Shown here: in pieces, positions 18,048 to 30,053 of the stretch
Position numbering within the stretch: the stretch's first letter is position 1
Layout of the letters: every line of letters starts with the position of its first letter
From: Blastocystis sp. Blastoise
Lineage: Eukaryota > Protista > Bigyra: Opalinata
Assembly: GCA_039096225.1 (NCBI GenBank)
Contig: JBBPEB010000002.1
Span: forward strand, 620,001-684,000
Length of the DNA stretch: 64,000 nt
Reading direction: 5' to 3'
Made by a program: the position numbers and the translations under genes
The notes under the pieces: generated by a model
The model's database searches: none
What the model was told of the DNA's origin: nothing
The model's input: the letters and a program-made list of their open reading frames with translations, nothing else

Positions 18048-18983
18048 TTATTCAATTAATTTTTTAAATAAATTATTATTTTCTAAAGATACATAAGAAT
18101 TAATATGTGTATAATCATTATGACATAAAGCAGAAGCAGAATTTTCTATATCTTGGAATGTATTGGTTGTAGTTGTAGCATATAATTTTCTTAATGCATT
18201 AATGGTTAATTTTGGATGGATTTGTTTTAAATGCTTATTCACAAACCAATCAAATGCTTTAGTAGTAAATCCAGTTCGTACAGAAGATTCAAATATAAAT
18301 TTACGATTTGGATTTCTTTTTAAGAGTAATTCTAGATCTTCAATCAATTCTTTTGGTGCATCTAATTGAATTGTAGAGTATTTACCAGCAGTTTTATAAT
18401 CATTTAATAGAATAGAACCAGTATGTTTCTCTTTATCATAAACAATATAATTCTTATGAATAGCTGGATCAATAGTATCTTCTGGTGATAGAATGAATAA
18501 TTGAGCATAATCAGCACGAGCAGGAGGAATATAGGAGTAAAAATCTAATATTAATCGTAATGGATTATAATTTTCTAATTTATCGTGATATTCATGTAAA
18601 TATGGAGTCGTAATACCATCTTTAATAAGATCTTGAATCAAAGTACGTTTCTTATTATCCAGATATTTTTCATACATTGAATTGATAATCACATAAAATT
18701 CACACCATTTATTCAAAATACCTTCTTTATTTAATGAAGAAACATTACGTATAATAAATAATATCAATTCACATAACGATTTCATGGGACTAATTTTGAT
18801 TTTACGTTCATTTACCATATAATCCATGAATGAATAAGGATTCTTTAAGAATTCTGAGAACTTTTTAAATGGTAATGGGAAAATATATAAATTGAAATAA
18901 TTGGTTAAACGTTTTTTCCAAATATCAGAATAATTTGAATTTTGTATAACCAAAAGATACTTGTCATAATTTGTATTTTTCAT
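18048..18983 (-). CDS. Tyrosine recombinase 2 (PLV/virophage type)
   Basis: PPARADY (R), NYIV, NDYKTAGKY (K), FIF, INALRK (R), ALCHN (H), INSY (Y). First ATG at 18983; the track uses TTG 18995. Confidence 0.85.
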   Translation of the reverse strand: MKNTNYDKYLLVIQNSNYSDIWKKRLTNYFNLYIFPLPFKKFSEFLKNPYSFMDYMVNERKIKISPMKSLCELILFIIRNVSSLNKEGILNKWCEFYVIINSMYEKYLDNKKRTLIQDLIKDGITTPYLHEYHDKLENYNPLRLILDFYSYIPPARADYAQLFILSPEDTIDPAIHKNYIVYDKEKHTGSILLNDYKTAGKYSTIQLDAPKELIEDLELLLKRNPNRKFIFESSVRTGFTTKAFDWFVNKHLKQIHPKLTINALRKLYATTTTNTFQDIENSASALCHNDYTHINSYVSLENNNLFKKLIE

Positions 18984-19071
18984 TGATTTTCTCAAGTAGA
19001 ATCTCTAAAACTTCTATTTTCAAAAGAATAATATATAAGAAAATCAAAATAAAATATCTAAAATTCTCGTG

Positions 19072-19119
19072 TTCTCGAATGTTCTAGAAGTTTCTAGAAT
19101 GTTCTAGAATGTTCTCGAA
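19072..19119. promoter_or_regulatory. HSE-like array (10 units) upstream of tyrosine recombinase 2
   Basis: TTCtcGAAtgTTCtaGAAgtTTCtaGAAtgTTCtaGAAtgTTCtcGAA. Confidence 0.7.
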
Positions 19120-19175
19120 AATTTATATTTTTCCATATCAGTCGCTCATGTTTCAAAAAGTCTCTCGTTATAATC

Positions 19176-19708
19176 GTGGTGGTGGGTACATCTTTTTACA
19201 AGACCACACCACCACCAGCTTTTCTTTCACCCACTATAAATACATACCTTGATCACTTTACTCTTTTTATATATTTTTTTTATGATTATCATGACTTTTT
19301 ATATTATTTATTGATCACTATACATACATTTTTATTTTTATATATTCCCGTGATTATTTTTATTATTTCTTTTTAGATAGAACCATCCATTTCATCTTTT
19401 CTCTATATAAAGGGAGGGTCGGGGTGTGTGTTTATTTAGCACATTCTGTGCTTCTTTTCGTATTTCTTTCTGTATTCCCGTGATTATTTTACTCACTTTA
19501 CCAACGATGGAGTCATTTTCCATGAATATTCCCTGTAAAGGGGAGGGTTGGACTGTGTATTTTATTTCTTTTATGATCACTATGAGTTTCTCCTTGATCA
19601 CTTTACGTTTCACGTTGGAATCGGAACACAAATAAATTAAAAATAAATAAACATGGGAAAAAATAAATACACACACACACTACCCTACACTCCCATGGTT
19701 ATTTTACT
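19176..19708. repeat. Repeat-rich putative terminal region of the PLV
   Basis: GTGGTGGTG/CACCACCAC hairpin (19176-19215); four TGATCACT; TATTCCCGTGATTATTTT and GGGGAGGGT each twice at ~129-bp spacing; (AC)n near 19670. Confidence 0.5.
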
Positions 19709-19721
19709 TCAGAAATGTTAT

Positions 19722-19841
19722 TAATTCTTCCGTCGAGAACAAAAAGGGGGGATGTCTTCCCCGCTTATGGCTGCGCGTGTCGCGCAGACTCTATGCGGGG
19801 TTTGCATACCCCCTTCTGCAGTTCGAAGAAAGGAAGAATTA
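19722..19841. other. 120-nt GC-rich nested imperfect hairpin
   Basis: TAATTCTTCC/GGAAGAATTA, GAAC/GTTC, AAGGGGG/CCCCCTT, CCCCGC/GCGGGG and apical CTGCGCG-tgt-CGCGCAG pair concentrically. Confidence 0.8.
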
Positions 19842-19875
19842 TTAAAGGCACGTAGGTCAAAAGGATAAATTCTCT

Positions 19876-21039
19876 ATGATATCATTTAGTGAAACTGATA
19901 ATTACAATATGGTTGATCAAATGAAAGAGCAATGTAATAATACAGTTAATATTATAGGATTAAGAAAATATTTCTTATCAAGTATTGAAAAATATTCCAT
20001 TAAATTTCCAGATAATAAGGTATTTGATACTGCTTTTCTAAAGTTTAAAGATATATTAAAGAAACAAGTAGAAGAAGGCTACAGTAGAAGAAGTATTGAA
20101 GATACATATTATATTCTTTTTCATGTTGAGTATCTAATAACAGAAAATACATTTCATCAATATAAGGACGATTTTGTTTCAAATAAAGTAACGTTGATAA
20201 TATGGCGTAAATATATGAGCAAGAATAGAATTGCAAATAAAAGATATATCTTTTCCGTTGTATCAAAAGAACTATTTCATTTAGACTCAAACACTTTGTG
20301 TATTCAGAATTATTGCTACATTCAAAATATTAATAGAATCATTAACCTATGGGAAATAACCTATGGATTTCATTTTGATAAAGATATTCGAGAATATAGT
20401 CTTAATAAATTACTCACTAATAATAAACCTATTTCAGATAATACAGGTAGCAACGATGTTAATAAAGAATCAATTCATGATACATTAAATAGTATGGTTG
20501 ATATAGATGAAGACGAAATGCATATTGAGAACAACGGGAATATAATAACGTCTTTCAATACGGATGGAACCAAGTCGTTAAGCACGCAAACAGCAAAAGT
20601 AGATGAAGGAATACAACTGTCATATACATATAATTCAAACTCATCAATCATAGATATACAAAACGATAGAAACAAATCACACCATGAAAATGAAATAGAT
20701 AAAAGAAAGAATAATACATCAATAGAAAGCGAACCATCATCATATATCTGTGGAGAAATAGAAGGAGCAATAGATTCAACAGTTGATAAGCTTCAAGAGT
20801 ATTCACTAACTAAATCAAATACTGATGATGGTAAATCAAATCATTCTGATCAAGTGATTATTCATAAGAAAAGAAATATTGAGACTGAATCAGCAGCCAC
20901 TAGTTACACGAATATATCTAATACAACATCAATCTCACAAAGTAAAGAAGAACACAATACAAGAAAGAAATCAATACCAATTTGTAAGTACTGTAATGGA
21001 TATCACACTTCTAATAATTGTAAACAAAGATATCTTTAG
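19876..21039 (+). CDS. Gag/ORF1-like protein with C-terminal CCHC zinc knuckle; no pol gene follows
   Basis: 387 aa intron-less ORF ending CKYCNGYHTSNNC (Cx2Cx3Hx4C) after a long low-complexity linker. Confidence 0.5.
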   Translation: MISFSETDNYNMVDQMKEQCNNTVNIIGLRKYFLSSIEKYSIKFPDNKVFDTAFLKFKDILKKQVEEGYSRRSIEDTYYILFHVEYLITENTFHQYKDDFVSNKVTLIIWRKYMSKNRIANKRYIFSVVSKELFHLDSNTLCIQNYCYIQNINRIINLWEITYGFHFDKDIREYSLNKLLTNNKPISDNTGSNDVNKESIHDTLNSMVDIDEDEMHIENNGNIITSFNTDGTKSLSTQTAKVDEGIQLSYTYNSNSSIIDIQNDRNKSHHENEIDKRKNNTSIESEPSSYICGEIEGAIDSTVDKLQEYSLTKSNTDDGKSNHSDQVIIHKKRNIETESAATSYTNISNTTSISQSKEEHNTRKKSIPICKYCNGYHTSNNCKQRYL

Positions 21040-21741
21040 ATAATATACACGAAACTTATAGCACGGAACAGAAGAAGTTGATAACACCAATCATTTTATA
21101 TATGTATTAGACTCCCATCATAACCTAAACAAAATATATATTTTATATTAAATTATATATATATATATATATATATATTATCTTATATTATATCTACATT
21201 ATATCTATGTTTTATTATATATATATTATATCTATATCTATATTTTATTATTATATAAATATATATATATAATTATATACAACAAGTATTAAGATTATAT
21301 ATTCTAGAATGACTTCTTTCAATATAAGCATGTCGTATTTGCCAAATACTTGCGTTTTGTTTTATATACTTATAATCATGTACATTTAATATACCTAGAA
21401 AAAGAATATTATAATACAATATAACATTGTATACAACAGAGTATAATATAAGATATAACAGTACATAGTATAAGACAATATAAAATTAAAAAAAATAATA
21501 TAATAGAATACAATCTAGATTATAAAAGAAACTAAATAGAAAATCTAGACTTTATAATTGATATTAGATACTATAATAGGTAATATATATATAAAATAAA
21601 AGAACATAAAATTATAGAGCAATGGATAATATATTGTATAAAGAAGGATACTATAATAAAGGTTAATATAATAGATAATGAATTATATAGTATATAGTAC
21701 ACAATGCATAATAAAATATAAAACAATATAATAAACAAAAG

Positions 21742-21813
21742 ATTTAAGCCAGGAATTGAACCTGTATATATATATATACATATATATATATCCATCCGTT
21801 ATGGAGCCTAAAT
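21742..21813 (-). ncRNA. tRNA-like cloverleaf, divergent copy
   Basis: Minus strand: ATTTAGGC/GCTTAAAT stem, TCCA-taacgga-TGGA, (TA)n arm, CAGG-TTCAATT-CCTG. Confidence 0.5.
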
Positions 21814-24043
21814 ATAATGAACAAGAATACTTATAGTGAATAGAGAGTATAGGAAGAAGAATAGAAATAGTACTAGTAACACCATATACTGTACCAGAGC
21901 ATAGATAATAGATGGAGAAATTAATACCATAATCAAAGCTACTATATATAGTAAAATAGAATGATATGAATATATAAACACATATCAAGATAAAGTATAT
22001 ACATATATATAGAAATTAATATAGAGGAAATATATATCAAAACATATACGTATATATAAAGAGCTATAGAGACAATAAATATATATATACTAGTAATAGT
22101 AATTAAATAATCATTACTATTATAAAGCAAATAGGCAAAAAAATTCCCATTGGTCAGTTTTTGGAAAATTCATTTGATTGGCTACTATATACTATAGTTT
22201 GTACCCACAACTCCTCTAAACTTACGGGGAGTTAACTCTTGGTTGAAACACAGTTCAATAGGATATAACGTGTAGTTGTGCACCATATATTTGGTTAAGC
22301 GATATTATTAATAATTAAAAAGTTATTAATAAAAGAACAGAAAACATGATTTTTGAGTCGTTTTTGATTGGCTCTTTGGGATGACCCCGATAAAAATTGT
22401 TGACCAGACAATTGGAAAATAAACATGGGGTAAACTTGACTTTTTCTCAATCCCACAATATACGTTATCCGTGTTTATTCTTTATATTCATCTTTTTTTT
22501 AATACTTTTTCATATTGAACACGTGAGGCCTTAACGGTCAAATTTAGATTGTTAATTTGACATGATATTCTGATTCAGGAGGTCAAAAAACCTAGGTGTA
22601 CCAATTTTCAGCTCCTGAGGACGATTTTTGAGTGATCCATATTTTCTTTGATCTTCTTATAATTGACTAATATTGTAGAATTGTAATCAATAGGTCCTCA
22701 AACTACTATAGTTAAAACAGAGTCTTAAAATGACGAGTTTGAGTGTCACAATTTTGAAAAGTGTGAATTAAGTAGTCTTAGAGTGACAAATTCAATATGA
22801 TGACTTTTAATTAGTAAACTAGACTTATAACTCTATACTATGTTAAAAGAAGAGTCAAAATTATGAAGGTCAAAGTGTATGACCAAATGACAAAATGTGT
22901 CTTAAAAAGTAAAAGGGTTTATATATGTGTATAGAATCATGTATTAAGTCTATTCTATGAATAATAGCTTTAAATAAATAGTTTAAGGTTGTCAAATTCA
23001 AAAGAATGTATAAAACATAGTCTTAGACTTTGAATAAAAAATTTAGAGATATTAATTAGTGTGCAGCTATAGTAGCTCTACAACATATCAAAAGTACAAA
23101 GAAAATAATTTTTAAAGAGTGGATGTGTGAAGGGTTGTGACTATTATTTAAAATTTATTTTTACTTCAGTTTATGTTAAATCGTGAATTTCGTGCACTAT
23201 AAAAAAATTGAGCCAAAAAATTAACTCTAAGGGTCTTAAATTTAAAAAAATGTAAAAATGAGTGACTTAGAGGACGAGATTCAAAATAAGAGCTTTTATT
23301 CATTAAACTAGAGTGTATGATCTATATTGTGTTTAAAGAAGGGACAAAAATATTTTGATCAAAGTGTATGACCAAATGGTAAAGTGTCTTTAAAAGTGTT
23401 ATGGTGATGACAGTTGTGTTTAAGGGGTTAAATCAAGTTTGCTCTTAAAATATCAGCTTTAAATAGCAAGTTAAAGGTTGCTAATTTGTCAAAATGTTTT
23501 AAACACTGTCTTAAACAAAGAGATTCAAGAAGTTGACTTTCATTTTATAGATAACATGTGTATATAAACACTTTATTGAAAGTACTTTAGAAAATATTGT
23601 GGATGAGTGTTTTGTCAAATGGTAAAGTTGTGTCAAGAGTTAATTATTTTAATTCATTTTTGTTTAAATCAATGTTTCGTGTTTACTCTATAAAAATAAA
23701 TTTTTAATACTGAGTTTAACGTTTTAAAGTCGACATGTGTGTTTGGTTTGTTTACTTTTAATTATTAAAATTGAGTTTAAATTGATAAATTATGTCAGAC
23801 ACGTCTATATTGATTGATTCAAACAGTTTAGAGATAATTTATTTGTTTGAGTATAAATAGATTTGTTCTCATTGTGACTGTTGTTAAGAAGAGGAAGTCT
23901 AAAAAACTATAAAAAGTTAGATATATATGTTTAAGGTCAAAATTGAAAAGTATAAATTAAAATGGTTTAAAATAAATTTAAAAAAGAGAATATATATATA
24001 TATATAATATGTGAATAAAATATTAAAAAATAAAAAAATAACA

Positions 24044-24109
24044 CTTTATGTCAGGAATTGAACCTGAAAACAATCTATATGATTGTTTCTCTCCTTCTAG
24101 AGCATAAAA
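24044..24109 (-). ncRNA. tRNA-like cloverleaf
   Basis: TTTTATG/CATAAAG, CTCT-agaagg-AGAG, AAACAATC/GATTGTTT, TCAGG-TTCAATT-CCTGA. Confidence 0.55.
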
Positions 24110-24162
24110 GGAGTTTATAAATAATAATAATAATCAAATATATATATTTATATATATATAAT

Positions 24163-24720
24163 AAGAAGGAAATGAAGTGGAAGGATGAGGAAGAAGGAAG
24201 TAGGAAGGATTAGGAAGAAGAAGTAAGAATAAGGAAGGATGAGGAAGAAGGATGAAGAAGGATGAGAAAGAAGGAAGTAAGAAGAAGTAAGAATAAGGAA
24301 GGATGAGGAAGAAGGAAGAATCCAGAATGAAGAAGAAGTAAGTAAGAAGAATCAAAGATGAGGAAGAAGGAAGAAGGAAGTAGGAAGCATGAATGAAGAA
24401 TGAAATAGGAAGAAGGAAGCATGAATGGAGAAGGAAATAGGAAGAAGGAAGAAGGAATGAAGAAGGAAATAGGAAGTAGGAAGAATGAGAAAGAAGTAAG
24501 AAGGAAGAAGAAAGAAGAAAAAAAGAATAAGAAGATTTTAAACCTATATAAAATAGAAAACATATAAAAAAGATAATATAAATAATTAATAAATACATAA
24601 ATAAATATTAAAAATAAATAAATAAACATATAAAATAAATAAATAATAATAAATAAATAAACATATAAATATAATAAATATAATAAATAAATAAATAAAT
24701 GAATAAATAAATAAATAAAA

Positions 24721-24755
<35 letters not shown>

Positions 24756-24830
24756 AATAAATTTAATAAATAAAATATAAATAAATAAAGAAACAATAAA
24801 TAACAAAAATAATAAATAAAATATAAATAT
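24163..24830. repeat. Purine-rich (GAA/GGA) low-complexity tract followed by (TAAA)n
   Basis: Directly visible; accounts for spurious ORFs 24134..24902. Confidence 0.9.
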
Positions 24831-25559
24831 ATACATATAAATCAACCTGAAACCAAAGACTAAAGAAGAAAGACATCGATAAACGAAGAGTATAACACAC
24901 ACATCAGTTATATTTTCTTCCCTATAGAATAAAAATAACTAATAATCTATTGATTAATTATATATAAAGAAAATATAAACCAAAAAGATAATAAAAAAAG
25001 AAACAATTAAAGAAACAAATGAATTAAAAATGAAATATTATAAAAAATATATATATTTATATACCTGACACTAAATAAGCCATTTCATTTAACCAGGACC
25101 ACTTCAAGAACCACTAACCATGACAACCAAGGCAAATACAAAAGAATCCTATAAAGAAGTGTATTATTTTAAATAAATAAATTAGTATATAAATAGATAA
25201 ATATAATACTAAGTTAAATAACTTTAAATAAATAAATAAAACACACTAAGTCAATCAATACAATAAAATATTTAAAAAAGAGTAAAGAACTATGTTTTTT
25301 GGGTACCCAAAATGATTTTAAATAAGAATGACCCAATTATTACTTTAGTAACAAAATCAATGAAAAATTGAGGTTATTTTTGATTTCTATTATGTTTTAA
25401 GAAGCATATTTTAAAAATAGACCCTATTATATTTATTAATTCAAATGAAATAGGATTGTTAAATACATAATCTAATACTCATTTATATATTAAATTATTA
25501 ATTATGATGTCTAAGAACAACAAAATTGCTTCAAGGTGGAGGTCTGGAAATAAAAAATA

Positions 25560-26810
25560 ATTTATATTTCAAAGAAAATCAGGTATATTGTATCTATTTG
25601 TTATTAGTATTCATATTTAGGTTCTTCTACTCAATAGAATCCAGTTATGTATGTTCTTAGTCTTGGTGGTACTTGCTCTGATGGTCTTAAAGGTTGTTCT
25701 ATGTTATTTGTATCATACAGAGGTGGTGGTGTTGCCTGTTATGCTAACTGTGAAGGTATGTTGTCAATGATTTGTTTTTATTTTTTTAACTTTTCTTTAT
25801 ATATAGGTTCTTCTGTTATTGTAAGTGATTCCAATAGTGATATCGGTGTTGATGTAGGTTCTTCTTGCTTTATAGATGGTATGTTACCAATCATTTATTT
25901 TTTTTTTTATATTTTATTATTATTTTTTTATTATTTCTATATATATAGGTTCTTCAGTTGTTGTACATGTTAACAGTGATGTTGATAATAGATGTCTGTG
26001 TGGTGTTGAAGGTATGTTGTCATTCATTTATTTTTTTTTTACTTTTATATATATAGGTTTGTTTTATCGATGTAAATGTTGCTATGGATGTTGTTGGTGA
26101 TCAGGTAGACTTCTCATATGATATTAAAGGTATATATATATTGTCATTCATTTATTATTATTTTTTTTTTATTTATTATTTGTCTATTACTGTTTCTTTA
26201 TAGGTTATTCTACTGTTGTGGTTGTAGTTGCTGAACGTATTAATGATGAAGGTATGTCTACTTTTTAAATTTAATTTAGTTTATTATTATTTTTATCTTA
26301 TATAGGTCGTTCTTTTCTTATGGAGTCTTGGATTAATGGTAATAATGATACAGGTATATTCTTATTTCTTCCTTTCTTTTTTTTGATTTATTAATTATCT
26401 TTTCATTATATATAGGTTCTTCAAGTCAGTTAAGATATCATGGTGATTCCTCTGTTCCTTCTTTAGAAGGTATATATATATATTTATTGTTTATATATAT
26501 TTTATCATTTATTATATTATATATAGGTGTCTTTTCTAATAGGGGATCTTATCACCCTAATGTTAGCTTTCATTTTAATAATAAAAATGTATCTAAAGGT
26601 ATATATATATATATATAACAAATATTTATAATATTTCTTTTAATATATCTATATCTTATATCTATATAGTGATGGTGTGAATAGTTTTTAATACTGAAGG
26701 TATATATATATATATGTTAGATATATTTATTATACTATCTCTTATTATATATATATATATCTTTTATCTATATAGGTTCTCTTAGTGTTATGGTTATGTT
26801 TAGATTTTTT
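25560..26810 (+). pseudogene. Micro-exon array gene fragment inside Helitron 1
   Basis: About ten 30-75 nt exons bounded by ATAG|G and AG|GTAT, separated by short T-rich introns; some carry stops or frame-breaking lengths. Confidence 0.55.
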
Positions 26811-28204
26811 TTTTTTTTTAGTTCTTTTTCTTTTTCTTTTGCTTATTATTTTTATTATTTTTCACATTTAATAGCTTTCTATTATCTGCTTTCTTTATAT
26901 TATTTATTTATTTATGCTGTTGTTATCGTTTTAGCTATTCTATATTTAAATGTTTTCTTTTGTTCTATTTTTGTTTTGTTCTTTTTTTTTTTTTTTTATT
27001 TAAATTGTGTCGACTATTAAGATAATTCTTCAATTACTTAATATATTAAATAGTGTCAAGTTTTTAAATGTTTGGATTCAATTTAATTTAAAATATCTAT
27101 TGTCCACTTTTAACTTTATTTAGTATAACTGATTTAATACTGTCAATGATTGAGATATTTAAGTTTTGTTTTTCTCCACTAATTCATCTTGCATATACAT
27201 ATTATTGTGTAAATACAAAATCATAAAAGTAAGTTTAAGGTTTTAAAATTTAAAAAATTGTAAAAAGGGGTTCTTAAACTAAGAGATTCGAAATTCTAAA
27301 AAATGATTTAATATACACTAAGCTAAATTCTACAACATACTAAAAATTAAGAGAATTTCATTTTTGAAAAGTTAATTAACAATGTGTTTGAGTTGTCTAG
27401 AAATTTTAAAGAGTTAGCTTCTTTGTTTAAAATTGTGTTTTTATTATACTATGAAAATTTTGACTTTTAAAAACAAGTTTAAAGGGGTTTATTTTTTTAA
27501 ATGTAGAAATAAGTTACTCAACGGACGAGATTCAATATAAAACATTTTATTTATCAAACTATGATTTATAGTCTAAATTATATTAAAAGAAGTGACAAAA
27601 ATACTCTTGAAAAAGTGTATGACCAAATGTAAAATGTTTATAAAGAGTGTTAAAATGGTAACTAATGTATTGATAGAGTTATGTTGAGTATAGTGTTTAA
27701 ATATTAGAGTTTTAAATTAACTATAAGTGTGTCAATTTTTCAAAATGTATTAAAAAGCGTCATGAAGTCAGAGATTCAAGACATTAAACTATAATTAATA
27801 AATAATACAATGAGATCTATACTGTGTGAAAGTTATGTCTAAAACGATTTTGATACAGTGGATATCGAAATGGTAAAGTCTCTCTAAAAGCGATATTGTT
27901 GATACTTTTATGTATAAAAATTCTATTTAGATTGATTTCATTAATATTAATTCTAAAACTATGTGTTTAAGTCGTTAATGTGAAAATAAATGTTGATATT
28001 GTTGTGTTAAATTTGTTTTAGTTTTATGAAATGGTTAAAAATAGTTTAAACTACTTTATTCTAATCTATTTAAATTAATTTAATAAAATAAAAATATTTT
28101 TCAAATTTTTATGGAAATTTTCAATATTTTTAACAAAACAAAAAAACCTGAAAACAAATCAGTTTACAGCAAAAAACCTGAAAACAAAAAGTTTTCAAAG
28201 CAAT

Positions 28205-29346
28205 TTAAATATGATATTCCTGGGAAATTGTTTGAGTTTGACTAAATTCTTTTTGACGAACTACGTTAATATTAATTGTAGTAGATGTCATTGTACAGTT
28301 CGAGAAGAGAGCCGACATCAAATTATTCATACCAGATCTAGGAGAGGAGAAAGTTACACCAACATGATCAGCAGAATGTTTCTTAGGTGAAGGAGGAAGT
28401 ATTTTCTTGGCCATTTCAAGTCTTCTAGCTTCAGTGTTACCTACGTAGTGGCTTGCAACATCATGACCTTTCCATCTACCTTGCTTCATTAGGTCATCTG
28501 AGGTTGCTCCATGTTCTGCTGCTAGTGTAGCCATTGTTCTTCTAAAACAATGGCCAGTGTAAGCTTCTGGATGATCCAAACCAAGGTGAGTAGCAATCAT
28601 TTTGGGATAATCTCCAATTGCTTTGATTCCTGTCCTTCTAAGATCAAATGAACCATCAGTAACACATGGAAACAATGCTCCTTCAGGATCTCCAGGTAAC
28701 ATATCATAATATCTTTTAACTATATTATATAGCTTACAATCATTGGCTTCTTCTTTAGGAATAAACGCTGTAAATCCCTCTCCTACTTGATCAGTCTTAC
28801 TCCTTTCGATGATAATTTCAATTCCTTTAGCAACAAACTATAAAAGTATATAGATATATAATATATATATATAATTACCTTTATATTCTTCTTCTTCAAA
28901 TCATATATTTCACTTCTTCTCATTCCTGCATGTATGGCAATTACCATACATGCTTTGAGTTGAACCATCTTAAGATCATGGTAGGGAAAATCCAAGAATT
29001 GTCTGCATTGTTCTTCAGAGAAGAAAGGGGTTTGTTTAGGAGGTGGGCATATCTTAGTATAGTTTCTTAGGGCACATTTGATTCTCTCTACAGTTACCTG
29101 GTTGATAACAGAGTTATCATTAGCGGAGATCATCTTGTAGATGGCACATAAGCGAGTCTTGATCGTTTTCGGTTTTATATTAGTATCTATTAAATGTTGT
29201 ATATATGATTCTAACAATACCTCTTTTTTCTTTAGATTCTGCTCATCATGTTCCTTAGAGTAGTTCAAAAACATATCGTAGTAGATGGAATAGCGTTTAG
29301 CGCTTTTAGATGGTATAATATTCTTTAATACCTGTAATTCACTCAT
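28205..29346 (-). CDS. Crypton tyrosine recombinase, two exons (29346-28879, 28837-28205), ~366 aa, intact
   Basis: 41-nt GT-AG intron 28838-28878 joins KKNIK to FVAKGIEIIIERSKTDQVGEG; catalytic GMRRSE, SKTD, GHCFRR, GRWK, HY. Confidence 0.88.
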
Positions 29347-29919
29347 TATCAAATAAAAGAAAATATGAATTAAAAGTGCATGATAAATGGTTGTTTGTTA
29401 TTAGTTATTTATTTATTTATTTTATTTCTTTATTTATTATATATTAAATGTAAAGTTATTTATATTATGTATATATCATCCACAATGAAATTGTTTTATA
29501 GTTATTTACAATTTCTATTTAAAACATGAAACAGAAAATTACTAAACATTTTATATAAATAAAAAAATTATGTACTGACAACTATAAAGAATAAAGACTA
29601 TTATATATGTAATATTATATATATAGATGATATAGTATATAAACATTTATATGCCATTTTTCTAAATAATCACTCTCATCATTATAAATCTAAAAAATCA
29701 ATAAACAACATTTTTTAATATTTATACATCTTATGGTGATTCAAAGCTTATAAGAAAGTATTATAGTCATATATATTGCAGATAGTAATTTTTATCATTT
29801 TCATGTATACTTACTAGTATATGAGTTTAATATATATACACATATAGTAAAAATAATTATATATTTATTATTATAAACATTTATATTAAAAATTTCCATT
29901 TAAAAATTAGAAAAATACC

Positions 29920-30053
29920 TTTTGGATGTTTTCATTATGAAAATTTGGTAATATTTCAGGTATTTTTGATTTCACTTGATTTCCCTACGGGAAATACAAC
30001 TGAAATACAAAAATAACCTGAAAATTACCAAATTTTCATAAAAACACCCAAAA
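29920..30053. repeat. ~130-bp imperfect palindrome at the Crypton end
   Basis: Centred on TTTCCC-tac-GGGAAA; arms TATGAAAATTTGGTAAT/ATTACCAAATTTTCATA; AACCTGAAAA also occurs twice at the other end (28141-28190). Confidence 0.85.

Larger units (their letters stand above)
1..19700. mobile_element. Endogenous Polinton-like virus, tyrosine-recombinase type; left part outside the window, right boundary approximate
   Basis: Dense block of intron-less ORFs holding the PLV morphogenetic module (packaging ATPase, penton, MCPs, cysteine protease) plus primase-helicase and tyrosine recombinases. Gene density ends after 18983, followed by a repeat-rich non-coding segment. Confidence 0.9.

Noticed and set aside
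19700-19708. TACT as a classical Polinton TIR end
   Set aside because: Too short, the left end is not in the window, and no rve integrase or pPolB is visible.
19722-19841. Hammerhead or HDV-like ribozyme
   Set aside because: No CUGANGA/GAAA core arrangement or nested pseudoknot found by eye; pairing is a single concentric stem.
3185-20675. Small overlapping or antisense ORFs within viral genes (3185, 12104, 12619, 13175, 13742, 15125, 16288-16937, 18163, 19176-19676, 20045, 20475)
   Set aside because: Shadow frames without motifs or expression signals; only the protease-frame overlap at 16848-16911 has independent support.
21100-22093. An additional Helitron ending at CTAG 22090-22093
   Set aside because: Spacing from the tRNA-like motif fits, but there is no terminal GC hairpin or identifiable 5' end.
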